Notes: generated by a model not told the origin, from the letters alone. 32,000 nucleotides of DNA from Fibrobacter succinogenes subsp. succinogenes S85 (GCF_000146505.1 NC_017448.1:3000001-3032000), one strand, 5' to 3'. Counted from the stretch's first letter, positions 6,906-14,676 are shown. A program made the numbers and translations.

Positions 6906-8161
6906 TTTCCAAAGTGTTCATTTCGAAGATGCGCAGTCTAGAATCTATGGACTGCAACTTCGAGCCTGGCATCAATGTGATTTGCGGACCGAATGGCTGC
7001 GGCAAGACGACGATTTTGGAGTCGATTTACTTGCTTGCGCAGGGGTTCTCGTTTCGGTCGCATGAATTGCGTGAACTGATTACGTGGAAACAGAACGAAC
7101 TGATTCTGCGCGGTGAATTCTATGACGAGGGGCGCGAGCGGATGCGAGCGCTTCGCGTGTTTTCTCGCGGGAGCGAGGTTCGTGAAAACGGTGAAACTCT
7201 TAAGTCTCCGGCTGCGTTTTTCGGGACGTGTCCGGCGGTGATTATGCAGCCTTCGGACATTGAGCTTTTGCGTGGCGGGCCTGATGTGCGCAGGCGTTGG
7301 CTCGATGAAATACTCTGTTTTCGTTCGTCCGCAAATTCTTTAGCGTTGCGCAACTATAGGCGTGTGTTGCAACAGCGTAACAAGTGGCTCAAGGAATTTA
7401 AGCAGAAGGGCTTTGCTGTTGGTGGTGAAGACTTGTTCCGCGTTTTAACGCTGCAGTTAATAGACCTTGGCGCAAAAGTTTGGGCTGCACGACTGGCGCT
7501 TTCGAAAGAAGTCTCGGAAATTATTACGCGGTACTATCGCAAGCTTTCGGGCGGGGTGGATGAAATCACTTGTGCTTACAAAAGCTCGATTCTCAAGACG
7601 CTGGATGCGCTCGATGCGGCGGACCCGCTATCCGATGAGATGATGGATGAAATTCCATCGGGCGCGACGGGTGCTGCTGAAGGTGTTGTTGAAATTGCTC
7701 GCGGGGAGTGCGCGGAATGTTCTGCGGACGGTTCCGGGAATGTCGCTGGGAGCGCGGCGGACGGCTCGGATGTCGTGAGCGAGGAAATGCTGCGGAATGC
7801 GTTTGCGCGAAAGCTTGCGGATTTGGAATTCGTGGAACGCTTGCAGGGAATGACAATGGCGGGGCCGCACCGAGATGACTTGGCTCTGTGTGCTTCGGGC
7901 TACGAGATGCGTTCTGTCGGGTCGCAAGGGCAATGCCGCTCGGCGGCGGTCGCGATGCGCTTTGCGGCGGTCGATGTGGCGTCGCGCTACCTGACAAAGC
8001 CGATTCTTTTGCTGGATGATATTTTCGCCGAGCTTGATGTGAACCGCCGTGATGCGGTCGCTTCGCTCATTCGCGAAAAGGAATGCCAGGTCGTGATAGC
8101 AACGCCGCAGGCGGAAGATCTGCCGTTTAAAGCGGACTCAATGATTGAATTGAAGATTTGA
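6902..8161 (+). CDS. recF: DNA replication and repair protein RecF
   Basis: Walker A GPNGCGKTT and Walker B ILLLDDIFAELD, with RecF-like order and length. The start is uncertain: TTG 6902 overlaps the upstream TGA, and GTG 6914 is an alternative. Contains an Ala/Gly/Asp-rich insertion of about 50 aa. Confidence 0.85.
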   Translation: MISKVFISKMRSLESMDCNFEPGINVICGPNGCGKTTILESIYLLAQGFSFRSHELRELITWKQNELILRGEFYDEGRERMRALRVFSRGSEVRENGETLKSPAAFFGTCPAVIMQPSDIELLRGGPDVRRRWLDEILCFRSSANSLALRNYRRVLQQRNKWLKEFKQKGFAVGGEDLFRVLTLQLIDLGAKVWAARLALSKEVSEIITRYYRKLSGGVDEITCAYKSSILKTLDALDAADPLSDEMMDEIPSGATGAAEGVVEIARGECAECSADGSGNVAGSAADGSDVVSEEMLRNAFARKLADLEFVERLQGMTMAGPHRDDLALCASGYEMRSVGSQGQCRSAAVAMRFAAVDVASRYLTKPILLLDDIFAELDVNRRDAVASLIREKECQVVIATPQAEDLPFKADSMIELKI

Positions 8162-8166
8162 AAAAA

Positions 8167-8193
8167 AACGCGCAACTGGGTTGCGCGTTTTTT
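8167..8193. terminator. Bidirectional rho-independent terminator between recF and mscL
   Basis: CGCGCAAC (8169-8176) / GTTGCGCG (8180-8187), loop TGG, flanked by an A8 run upstream and a T6 run downstream. Confidence 0.85.
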
Positions 8194-8222
8194 GCATCGG
8201 GGCTTTTTTGTCCCCCTCTATA

Positions 8223-8672
8223 TTACTTGTTCTTGAGCAAGTCGCGAATTTCGGTGAGGAGCTTTTCTTCGGCGCTCGGTGCCGGAGGTGCTGCCGGAGC
8301 TGCGGCTGCTTCAGCTTCTTTCTTCTTGCGCATGTTCTGCATGAAACCGAGGAATTTCTTCATCATGAGGAAGACGGCGAATGCGACGATGAGGAAGTTC
8401 AGGACTTCACCGATGAACGTGCCGTACGGAATGGCGATGCCTTCGGAGGTCGTGTAGACGAGCGTCTTGATGCCTTCGCCTGCGTTCTGGCCGCCGCACT
8501 TGGCAATGACTGCAGTGACGAGCGGCATGACGATGTCGTTCACGAAGGAGTTGACGATTTTACCGAAGGCGGCTCCGATGATGATACCGATAGCCATGTC
8601 GACGATGTTACCCTTGAAGGCAAATGCCTTGAATTCTTCAATGAGTGAAGCTGCTTTATTTTTAATGCTCAT
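8223..8672 (-). CDS. mscL: Large-conductance mechanosensitive channel MscL
   Basis: 149 aa. N-terminus ...EEFKAFAFKGNIVDMAIGIIIGAAFGKIVNSFVNDIVMPLV is the conserved MscL TM1 region. Confidence 0.9.
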   Translation of the reverse strand: MSIKNKAASLIEEFKAFAFKGNIVDMAIGIIIGAAFGKIVNSFVNDIVMPLVTAVIAKCGGQNAGEGIKTLVYTTSEGIAIPYGTFIGEVLNFLIVAFAVFLMMKKFLGFMQNMRKKKEAEAAAAPAAPPAPSAEEKLLTEIRDLLKNK

Positions 8673-8758
8673 TTTTGAGTCCCCTTTATGATTGGTTTCT
8701 TATTAAATAATAGCAAAGTCTTTAAAGATTGGGCGGTATTTTTTAAATTTGGCGCGTT

Positions 8759-9628
8759 ATGTCATGGTTAATATTGGCTTTTGCTTCGGCGGTTTTTCTT
8801 GGCTTTTACGACTTGGCTAAGAAGAAATCGGTTCAGGATAACGCTGTCCGTCCGGTACTTTTGCTCTGCAGCGTTTTTTACGCGCTTTTGATGTTGCCGG
8901 TGCTTTTGACCGGGCATTGCGAGCCGCTGACTTTGCATGACCACCTGTTTTTGATGGTCAAGTCGGTGATTGTCGGCGGAAGCTGGCTTTTCACGTACAG
9001 CGCGATTGCGCATATGCCGCTCAGCATTTCGACGACGATTCGTGCGCTTGCTCCTTTGTTTACAATCATGATCGCAGTCGGATTCCTCGGCGAGCGTCCG
9101 CAGGTGATGCAGTGGATCGGTATTGCGGTTTGCGTTTGTTCGTACATCGGGCTCTCGCTTGCGGGTCGCAAGGAAATGGGGCATTTCTTTAGCAACGGCT
9201 GGGTCGTGGCGATGCTCCTCGGGACGATTTTGGCGGCTTGCAGCGGCATTTACGATAAGCTGATTTTGCAACGCATGAATTTTGAACCGTTGACGGTTCA
9301 GGTTTGGTTCAGCATTTACATGTGCGTGGTGCAGTTCTTGACGACTATGTTCACGTGGTACCCGACGCGTAAAAAGACGACTCCGTTTCAGTTCCGTTGG
9401 TCGTTCTTGGCGGTGGCGGCGCTGTTGATTATTGCAGACCGTTGCTATTTTTTGGCGGTGAGCGATTCGGATGCGTTGATTTCGATCATTACGGTGCTGC
9501 GTCGTTCGAGTGTGTTCATCAGCTTCTTGGCGGGAATTCTTATATTCAAGGAACGCAAGAGCAAGACGAAGTTTTTTGCGATGTTGGGCGTGGTCATTGG
9601 CTTGTGCCTGATTTCGCTCGGACGTTGA
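8759..9628 (+). CDS. EamA/DMT-family membrane transporter
   Basis: 289 aa with about 10 predicted TM helices in two halves, as in drug/metabolite transporter family proteins. Confidence 0.65.
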   Translation: MSWLILAFASAVFLGFYDLAKKKSVQDNAVRPVLLLCSVFYALLMLPVLLTGHCEPLTLHDHLFLMVKSVIVGGSWLFTYSAIAHMPLSISTTIRALAPLFTIMIAVGFLGERPQVMQWIGIAVCVCSYIGLSLAGRKEMGHFFSNGWVVAMLLGTILAACSGIYDKLILQRMNFEPLTVQVWFSIYMCVVQFLTTMFTWYPTRKKTTPFQFRWSFLAVAALLIIADRCYFLAVSDSDALISIITVLRRSSVFISFLAGILIFKERKSKTKFFAMLGVVIGLCLISLGR

Positions 9629-9656
9629 TTTTTAAAGGTCGCGGAGTAGTGGCGTT

Positions 9657-10298
9657 ATGCTGAAGATTGGAATTACGGGTTCGATAGGTGCGGGCAAGTC
9701 CTTTGTCGGGGCCTTGCTGCGTGCGCGTAATTTCCAGGTGCTTGATGCCGATTGCAAAGTGCATGAACTTTACCGCGATTCGGCGGGGCTGCGCGCTGAA
9801 ATGGCGGCGTACTTTGGCGAAGAATGCTTGACGCCGACGGGCGTGAATAGCGCGCTGATTGCAGACCGCGTTTTTGCGGATGCAAAAGCCCGCGTGAAGT
9901 TGGAGCAGATTGTTTACCCGTACTTGAACCTTGCTGTTGCAAATTTTTTTGCCGAGGATGCAGGGAATGATGCGGACTGTCCTAAAGAAAGTGCCACGCA
10001 GTTGACGAGAGTCGCGGACAAGTGCCGGTTCGTGGAGGCTGCGCTTTTCTCGCGTGCGCCCGAGCTCGTGAAAATGCTTGACGAAATCTGGATTGTCGAT
10101 GCGCCTGAATGCGTTCGCTTGGAACGCTTGGTGCTGCGTGGCCTCAGCGAAAGCGATGCTAAACGCCGTATTGAAAATCAGCGTGGCGCCTGTGCTCCGG
10201 AGCTTTTTCCGGGCAAGCGGATTCGCACGGTTATGAACGATGGCGATAAATTGCACGTGGAACAGCAACTTGATGAACTGCTAAGAGACTTACACTAA
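9657..10298 (+). CDS. coaE: Dephospho-CoA kinase
   Basis: N-terminus MLKIGITGSIGAGKSFV...VLDADCKVHELY matches the CoaE P-loop and DAD motifs. Confidence 0.85.
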   Translation: MLKIGITGSIGAGKSFVGALLRARNFQVLDADCKVHELYRDSAGLRAEMAAYFGEECLTPTGVNSALIADRVFADAKARVKLEQIVYPYLNLAVANFFAEDAGNDADCPKESATQLTRVADKCRFVEAALFSRAPELVKMLDEIWIVDAPECVRLERLVLRGLSESDAKRRIENQRGACAPELFPGKRIRTVMNDGDKLHVEQQLDELLRDLH

Positions 10299-10310
10299 TT
10301 TATTGGAATT

Positions 10311-10634
10311 ATGCAACCTTATATTCACCAGTTCGCGAATTTTTTGAGAGCCCATTTGAATTCAATTTCGGTCGGGCTGATTGCAACGCTTTTGATGCTC
10401 TATGGCGCCTGCATCAATAACTATTTCAAGCGCATCACGAAAAGCATCCCGTTCATTGGGCGCTTTGCTTTGTTTGTTGTGCTGTGCAGCGTGGGGTATG
10501 CTTTTGCGAGTTCGCAGATGGTGCGTCTTTTGCGCATGGTATTGCGCGAACTTTCGGACTTGCCTTTGATTGGGGTGGTCGCAGGCTGTTTTTTGCTGCT
10601 TGCGTTCCTCGCCAAAAGCGGGAAAGATATCTGA
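10311..10634 (+). CDS. Small integral membrane protein of unknown function (about 3 TM helices)
   Basis: 107-aa ORF with three hydrophobic segments. No motif recognised. Confidence 0.5.
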   Translation: MQPYIHQFANFLRAHLNSISVGLIATLLMLYGACINNYFKRITKSIPFIGRFALFVVLCSVGYAFASSQMVRLLRMVLRELSDLPLIGVVAGCFLLLAFLAKSGKDI

Positions 10635-10638
10635 TACT

Positions 10639-10717
10639 TAGTCAATAGTCAATGGTCAATAGTCGTTAGATTCAATCAATAACTATTAACTAATGACTGA
10701 TGACTAATAGCTAATTA
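10639..10717. repeat. Two inverted arrays of heptad repeats filling a convergent intergenic region: (TAGTCAA-type)x5 then (CTAATNN)x5
   Basis: Left array, 10639-10673: tagtcaa tagtcaa tggtcaa tagtcgt tagattc. Right array, 10683-10717: ctattaa ctaatga ctgatga ctaatag ctaatta. The last heptad contains the TAG stop (10711-10713) of the minus-strand gene. The arrays are approximate reverse complements of each other. Confidence 0.75.
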
Positions 10718-12279
10718 AAATTATCGCGGTTTACTCCGTATAAAATAACGTCGTCAATCCACATTTCGCTTTCGTCTACAATCCAGATGGTGAAAGTTGT
10801 GACGCGCGGCTTGACGAAATCCCATCCCATATTCCCGAACTCGCCGTCGCCTTCGACAAAATCGCTTGGCGTAAAGCTGAAGCGTTTCCAGGTGGAATCG
10901 AGATAGTCCACATACTTTGTTTTTCCGGTCGGCTCGTTGAGAACTTCTACCGCAAAACCGAGCTCGCCCTTGCCTTTGGCGTAGAATGCGATGGAATCGA
11001 TGCCTTCTAGGCTAGACGGGACGCGGCTTACGCGTGAGCCGATCATCGACCACTTGCCTCTTGTTTTGCTAGTGCTCTTCCAATGGAATACGTAGCTGTT
11101 GCGTTCTTCGTTGAATTCAAAGGCGTCCTGGATGTTTTCGCTTGAGGGCGTTGTCGTGACGTTTGTGTCTTGTGGATGGAAGTACCATTCGCGCGGACCG
11201 TCGCCGTAGTCAAATGCGGATTCGAGTTTTTGATTTTCGAAGTCAATCAGCGTGATGGAATGGATGGCTTTTACGAGCGAGTCGGGGAGGCTTGCCCAGA
11301 TATCGTTGTTTGCACTTGCGTCGAGTGCGGCGGTCTTGCCCCAGTACATTTCGAGGTTTTCAACGCTTGATGAGCCGTCGATGCGGATTTGGAATTCTGC
11401 GGACTGCGGAGTGTCTGGAGTGGTGCTATTCCAGAACGCTCGCTTGAATGCGAGTCGGTTTCCGCTTTGGTCGGTGAATCGGATATCGTTCCCGTTTTCC
11501 ATGGCTTCGCTAAAGTCGAAGTTCGTTTCGTTTAATCGCACAAAGACTACGGTAGTTTCTGCGATGGGTTTCATCCAATCCGAGATTGTAGAATCAAGCG
11601 GAATGGTGCGAACATGTGCCCATTGCTCTAATTGTTCATTTTCGAGAGTCGGTTTTGCTAGCGCTTGGATATCGCTCTTTTCGCCAGCAGAAATTGTAAT
11701 GGAGGCTTCGCCAATTGTCGCTTGTTCATCGGGCAGAATAGCGCGAATCTGGTAGCTTGCGGGCGGGAGTGAATCGAGTGTGAATTCGCCGTCTTTGTTG
11801 GTCTTTACGATTTTATCGGTGCCGTAAATCTGGACCCAGGCGTAGTCGGTTCCTTCAGGGAGCTCTGCCTTGCCGGTGACGGAACCGAGTTCTTCCATTT
11901 GCATGGTTGTTAATTTATTCTTCTTTAAGTCGCTAGAGGCAATAGCTTGGAAAACGCCAGAATTGCCATCAATGATTTCGATGTAGCCTTTATTGAAGTT
12001 GATGGAATCCATGACGATGTTACCGAGTGAATCGGCGGAGACTTCTAGAATTGCGTCTTGTGCGTTGCTTTGTGTGACGGCGGAATCCGTAGAAACTCCT
12101 TCTACGTACCAAAGCGGACGGATTCTTGCGACAACGTTGGCGGCCGGTTTAGAATCGATGTTTACAACGTTGATGATGCAAGCGTTTTCGGTTTCAACGG
12201 TGCTAGCGCCTGCGAGATTCTTATCCGAGGAGCAGGCGAATAGTAATACACAGGATAGAGATGCTAATAATCTTTTCAT
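10711..12279 (-). CDS. Lipoprotein with a DUF2341-like domain and a C-terminal CBM11/CIA30-like domain
   Basis: Start taken at ATG 12279 (MKRLLASLSCVLLFAC, lipobox). It overlaps the upstream stop as ATGA. The ORF-track start 12417 lies inside the upstream gene. DUF2341-like segment: ...VFVRLNETNFDFSEAMENGNDIRFTDQSGNRLAFKRAFW...EMYWGK. C-terminus ...GIDSIAFYAKGKGELGFAVEV...MWIDDVILYG is CBM-like. Confidence 0.7.
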   Translation of the reverse strand: MKRLLASLSCVLLFACSSDKNLAGASTVETENACIINVVNIDSKPAANVVARIRPLWYVEGVSTDSAVTQSNAQDAILEVSADSLGNIVMDSINFNKGYIEIIDGNSGVFQAIASSDLKKNKLTTMQMEELGSVTGKAELPEGTDYAWVQIYGTDKIVKTNKDGEFTLDSLPPASYQIRAILPDEQATIGEASITISAGEKSDIQALAKPTLENEQLEQWAHVRTIPLDSTISDWMKPIAETTVVFVRLNETNFDFSEAMENGNDIRFTDQSGNRLAFKRAFWNSTTPDTPQSAEFQIRIDGSSSVENLEMYWGKTAALDASANNDIWASLPDSLVKAIHSITLIDFENQKLESAFDYGDGPREWYFHPQDTNVTTTPSSENIQDAFEFNEERNSYVFHWKSTSKTRGKWSMIGSRVSRVPSSLEGIDSIAFYAKGKGELGFAVEVLNEPTGKTKYVDYLDSTWKRFSFTPSDFVEGDGEFGNMGWDFVKPRVTTFTIWIVDESEMWIDDVILYGVNRDNFN

Positions 12280-13127
12280 GCTATCCTCGCTTTTTCTTTT
12301 GTTGTTTCTTTGTCCGAAATATCGGCAACCGGGTACAGCGAGAAGATGAACTGCATGACCTTCTTTGGCTCTGCAACTTCGGCAACGCGTTTTTGAACTT
12401 GTCTGCGAAATTCGCAAGTCATCTCGACGAGGTCTTCAAGACATTCATCATCAACGCAAGCGAGAACTGATGAAATGTTGCGCTCGCTCGGCGGAATGTT
12501 GACGAGTGCGTTTTGCGCAAGCGTCAGCAGCTGGTTCTGGTAACTGCGAATAGCGGTAACCTTTGTTGCTCCTGCCGATGTAAAATTGACGGTCGAAACG
12601 GCGTAGCGCTCGGAGGCGAGCGGCGTGATCATCTTGAGTTCTTTCAAGACTCGAATGGCTTCTTTCACCTGGTCCTCGGAAACGGCGGGCGTAATCTGCT
12701 TAACCAAGGTGTGGACATCGGCCTTGCCGCCATTGATTTCGATAATCGAACGGACAACGGGTATCCACCAGCGGCTGAGGAATAAAATTTCGTTGGAATT
12801 CAGTTTGCGGAGGCTCACGTCTTGCAATGCGAGTGCCATCTTGTAAAGCTTATCTTTTTTTGCTTTGGATTTTGTGCGCGATGCCGCTACCAAAATCTCA
12901 AAAAGTTCTCCATCGCGGCCTTTGAGCCCGAGCAATTTTTTGGAGAGCGGGATACTCTGCGCGGGGAGGTGGGATTCCTTATTCAATACACGGAAAACCT
13001 GGCTCGTTTCGAGTCCAAGTTTTTGTCCCATCATCTTATAGGAAAATAGCGGAAATTCCAATTTCTTCTGCACGAAGAAATTTTTCAGTAGATCTCTGTA
13101 ATCGCCAATTTCGTCTATGTTTAGCAT
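12276..13127 (-). CDS. TIGR02147 / DUF4423-like protein (Fibrobacter paralogous family, HTH-like N-terminus)
   Basis: Start at ATG 13127, preceded by GAGGG; the TTG at 13169 is less likely. The pattern MLNIDEIGDYRDLLKNFFVQKK...FSYKMMGQKLGLETSQVFRVLNKESHLP...LFEILVAASRTKS matches my recollection of this family. Not verified by search. Confidence 0.55.
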   Translation of the reverse strand: MLNIDEIGDYRDLLKNFFVQKKLEFPLFSYKMMGQKLGLETSQVFRVLNKESHLPAQSIPLSKKLLGLKGRDGELFEILVAASRTKSKAKKDKLYKMALALQDVSLRKLNSNEILFLSRWWIPVVRSIIEINGGKADVHTLVKQITPAVSEDQVKEAIRVLKELKMITPLASERYAVSTVNFTSAGATKVTAIRSYQNQLLTLAQNALVNIPPSERNISSVLACVDDECLEDLVEMTCEFRRQVQKRVAEVAEPKKVMQFIFSLYPVADISDKETTKEKARIA

Positions 13128-13201
13128 GGTGAACCCTCTATTAAGAAATAGATTTTTTACAAAGGACAAGGATAGTCTTTTTTTAAGTTTTATTGACGAA
13201 T

Positions 13202-13221
13202 TGACAATATGATTATTGTCA
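13202..13221. promoter_or_regulatory. Perfect 8-bp inverted repeat TGACAATA-TGAT-TATTGTCA (operator-like)
   Basis: Read directly. It lies in the divergent region between the TIGR02147-like gene (start 13127) and the small ORF at 13316, and overlaps a TTGACA hexamer (13201-13206). Confidence 0.4.
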
Positions 13222-13315
13222 CGTTGTAATTCTATAAAAATGATGTTTTTCTTACATCGGTACGGTTCGCTCTCTAAAAATTTAATTTAGGGAACAGAAA
13301 AACAGAGAGGTAGCT

Positions 13316-13399
13316 ATGCAGAAAGAAGACATCGTTGTTTTAAGGCAAGTTGTGATTTTTTCACTGGTTGCTATTGTTCTTGGCTTTGTTTACGGCTAA
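13316..13399 (+). CDS. Candidate 27-aa single-TM micropeptide
   Basis: MQKEDIVVLRQVVIFSLVAIVLGFVYG, below the ORF-track size cutoff. RBS GAGAGG sits 5 nt upstream. A hairpin plus T-run at 13432-13467 follows. Confidence 0.35.
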   Translation: MQKEDIVVLRQVVIFSLVAIVLGFVYG

Positions 13400-13431
13400 G
13401 CTTTAAGTAAAATTTGGTGTATAGGCGTAAA

Positions 13432-13467
13432 AGCTGGTGCGGTTAAGAGCTGCACTGGCTTTTTTTG
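13432..13467 (+). terminator. Terminator-like hairpin
   Basis: AGCUGGUGC (13432-13440) pairs with GCACUGGCU (13452-13460), including two G-U pairs, followed by a T7 run. Confidence 0.45.
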
Positions 13468-13525
13468 TTTATAAAAGATGTTATATTGTTCTAGCCTTAA
13501 AAAGATTAAAAAGGGATTGTTAAAA

Positions 13526-14353
13526 ATGCCAGCAGAAATTAAGATTCTTGAACGTGCTGAAATGTATTTGCGAAAGCTTTCGGAAGGTGTGAACCCTCTG
13601 ACCGAGGAAGCTTTGCCGGAAACGGATGTTTGTAAACAGGAACGTATTAGCAAATGCCTTACCTATGTGGCTGATTATTTAAAGCAAAAGGTTATGCCGG
13701 TGATGGAACGCCGCGAAAAGGTGGTGGCTCCGAAACCGCAAAAGGTTGTAAAGCCGCGCCCTGTCCGCGAAGTAGCGACGCAAGAACTTGTCTTTACTCC
13801 TGAAATGTTGTCCAAGTTCGAAATTTCTGTTGAACCGGTTTCTGTATCGGGTGTTGTACGCCGCTTGAATTTCTTGATCCCGCATGAAAGTGGAATGATG
13901 CCGCTTGTGTATGCTGACGTGGCTGAAGTGCTTTCGAGAGAAGGCGTTCTTTTGAAGGAAGAAGGCGATAAGGGCAAGGACTTGAATTTGCCGACTCCGC
14001 GTGGCGAAGAACTTGGTTTTGCAAAGGTCGAAGCTGATATTCGTGGACACCATTCAATTTACACGAAGTGCAATGCCGATGCCCAGAAGTTTATCTTGGA
14101 TAATATTGATAAATGCGTGGCTCAGGCGAATGAACGTTTGGCAAGGCGCAAATCGCGTGCAGAATTGGGCGAGACTGGCCGCAGTGGTAAGGAAAAATTC
14201 CATGTGACCGAAGAACAGCTCAAGAATTATCCGACCGATGAATCTCCAGTACCGGTCAGTGAAATTGCAAGACGTTTGAACGACTTACTCCCGCAGGATT
14301 CGAATGTCGAAAAGATTTATTTCAAGGCAATTCGCGACTGGTTTGTGGCTTAG
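13526..14353 (+). CDS. Protein of unknown function with a tandemly duplicated domain; ends at an in-frame TAG inside the second copy
   Basis: Start taken at ATG 13526 (MPAEIKILERAEMYL...). Copy 1: ...PVSVSGVVRRLNFLIP...PTPRGEELGFAKVE...YTKCNADAQKFIL. Copy 2 starts ...PVPVSEIARRLNDLLP... and is cut by the TAG at 14351-14353. Confidence 0.6.
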   Translation: MPAEIKILERAEMYLRKLSEGVNPLTEEALPETDVCKQERISKCLTYVADYLKQKVMPVMERREKVVAPKPQKVVKPRPVREVATQELVFTPEMLSKFEISVEPVSVSGVVRRLNFLIPHESGMMPLVYADVAEVLSREGVLLKEEGDKGKDLNLPTPRGEELGFAKVEADIRGHHSIYTKCNADAQKFILDNIDKCVAQANERLARRKSRAELGETGRSGKEKFHVTEEQLKNYPTDESPVPVSEIARRLNDLLPQDSNVEKIYFKAIRDWFVA

Positions 14354-14356
14354 AAC

Positions 14357-14536
14357 ATGCTTGAAGAAAAGAAGACTGCTCTTGGCAAGATTTTCTTTGA
14401 ACCGACGGAAGCGGGCGCTCAGAACGGCATTGTGACGGAATCGCGCGTGGGCAAGAATGGCGAAAACTATGACGCCGTCTTGTACAATGGTGCGGCACAA
14501 AAGCTCGTGCTTCAGCACGTGAACGAACTCGCGTAA
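14357..14536 (+). pseudogene. 59-aa ORF in the same frame as 13526..14353, encoding the missing C-terminal part of domain copy 2
   Basis: I counted codons across the TAG and the frame is continuous. MLEEKKTALGKIFFEPTEAGAQNGIVTESRVGKNGENYDAVLYNGAAQKLVLQHVNELA aligns with ...LLKEEGDKGKDLNLPTPRGEELGFAKVEADIRGHHSIYTKCNADAQKFILDNIDK of copy 1. Confidence 0.55.
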
Positions 14537-14581
14537 TTAGTCATCCTGGAGCCGAAGGCGATAGGATCCATAATATGAAAA

Positions 14582-14620
14582 TCGCCGCCCCTGCTTATCG
14601 CAAGGACGGCGTCTTTTTTT
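14582..14620 (+). terminator. Terminator-like hairpin between convergent genes
   Basis: CGCCG (14583-14587) / CGGCG (14607-14611) with additional internal pairs, followed by a T7 run (14614-14620). Confidence 0.5.
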
Positions 14621-14676
14621 CATGTCATGTCGGCCTTTGTGCCGGCATCACCTTACACGTCTCGAATTGCGGGTTT

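Noticed and set aside
7593-7997. Pro/Arg/Ser-rich minus-strand ORFs (134 and 101 aa) opposite the recF insertion
   Set aside because: They are a product of the GC-rich, low-complexity recF segment. There is no start context or recognisable domain.
8158-8691. + strand ORFs overlapping mscL
   Set aside because: They are antisense to a confidently identified mscL gene.
12280-12417. 46-codon N-terminal extension of the DUF2341 lipoprotein ORF
   Set aside because: It lies inside the upstream TIGR02147-like gene in another frame. The signal peptide with lipobox begins at M 12279, which forms an ATGA overlap with the upstream stop.
14534-14548. Single TAATTAGTCAT unit after the stop of the 14357-14536 ORF, and a CTAATTA unit at the ybaK stop (30883-30889)
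   Set aside because: These are only one to two heptad-like units each, too short to separate from chance. They are not counted as arrays, though they match the same consensus.
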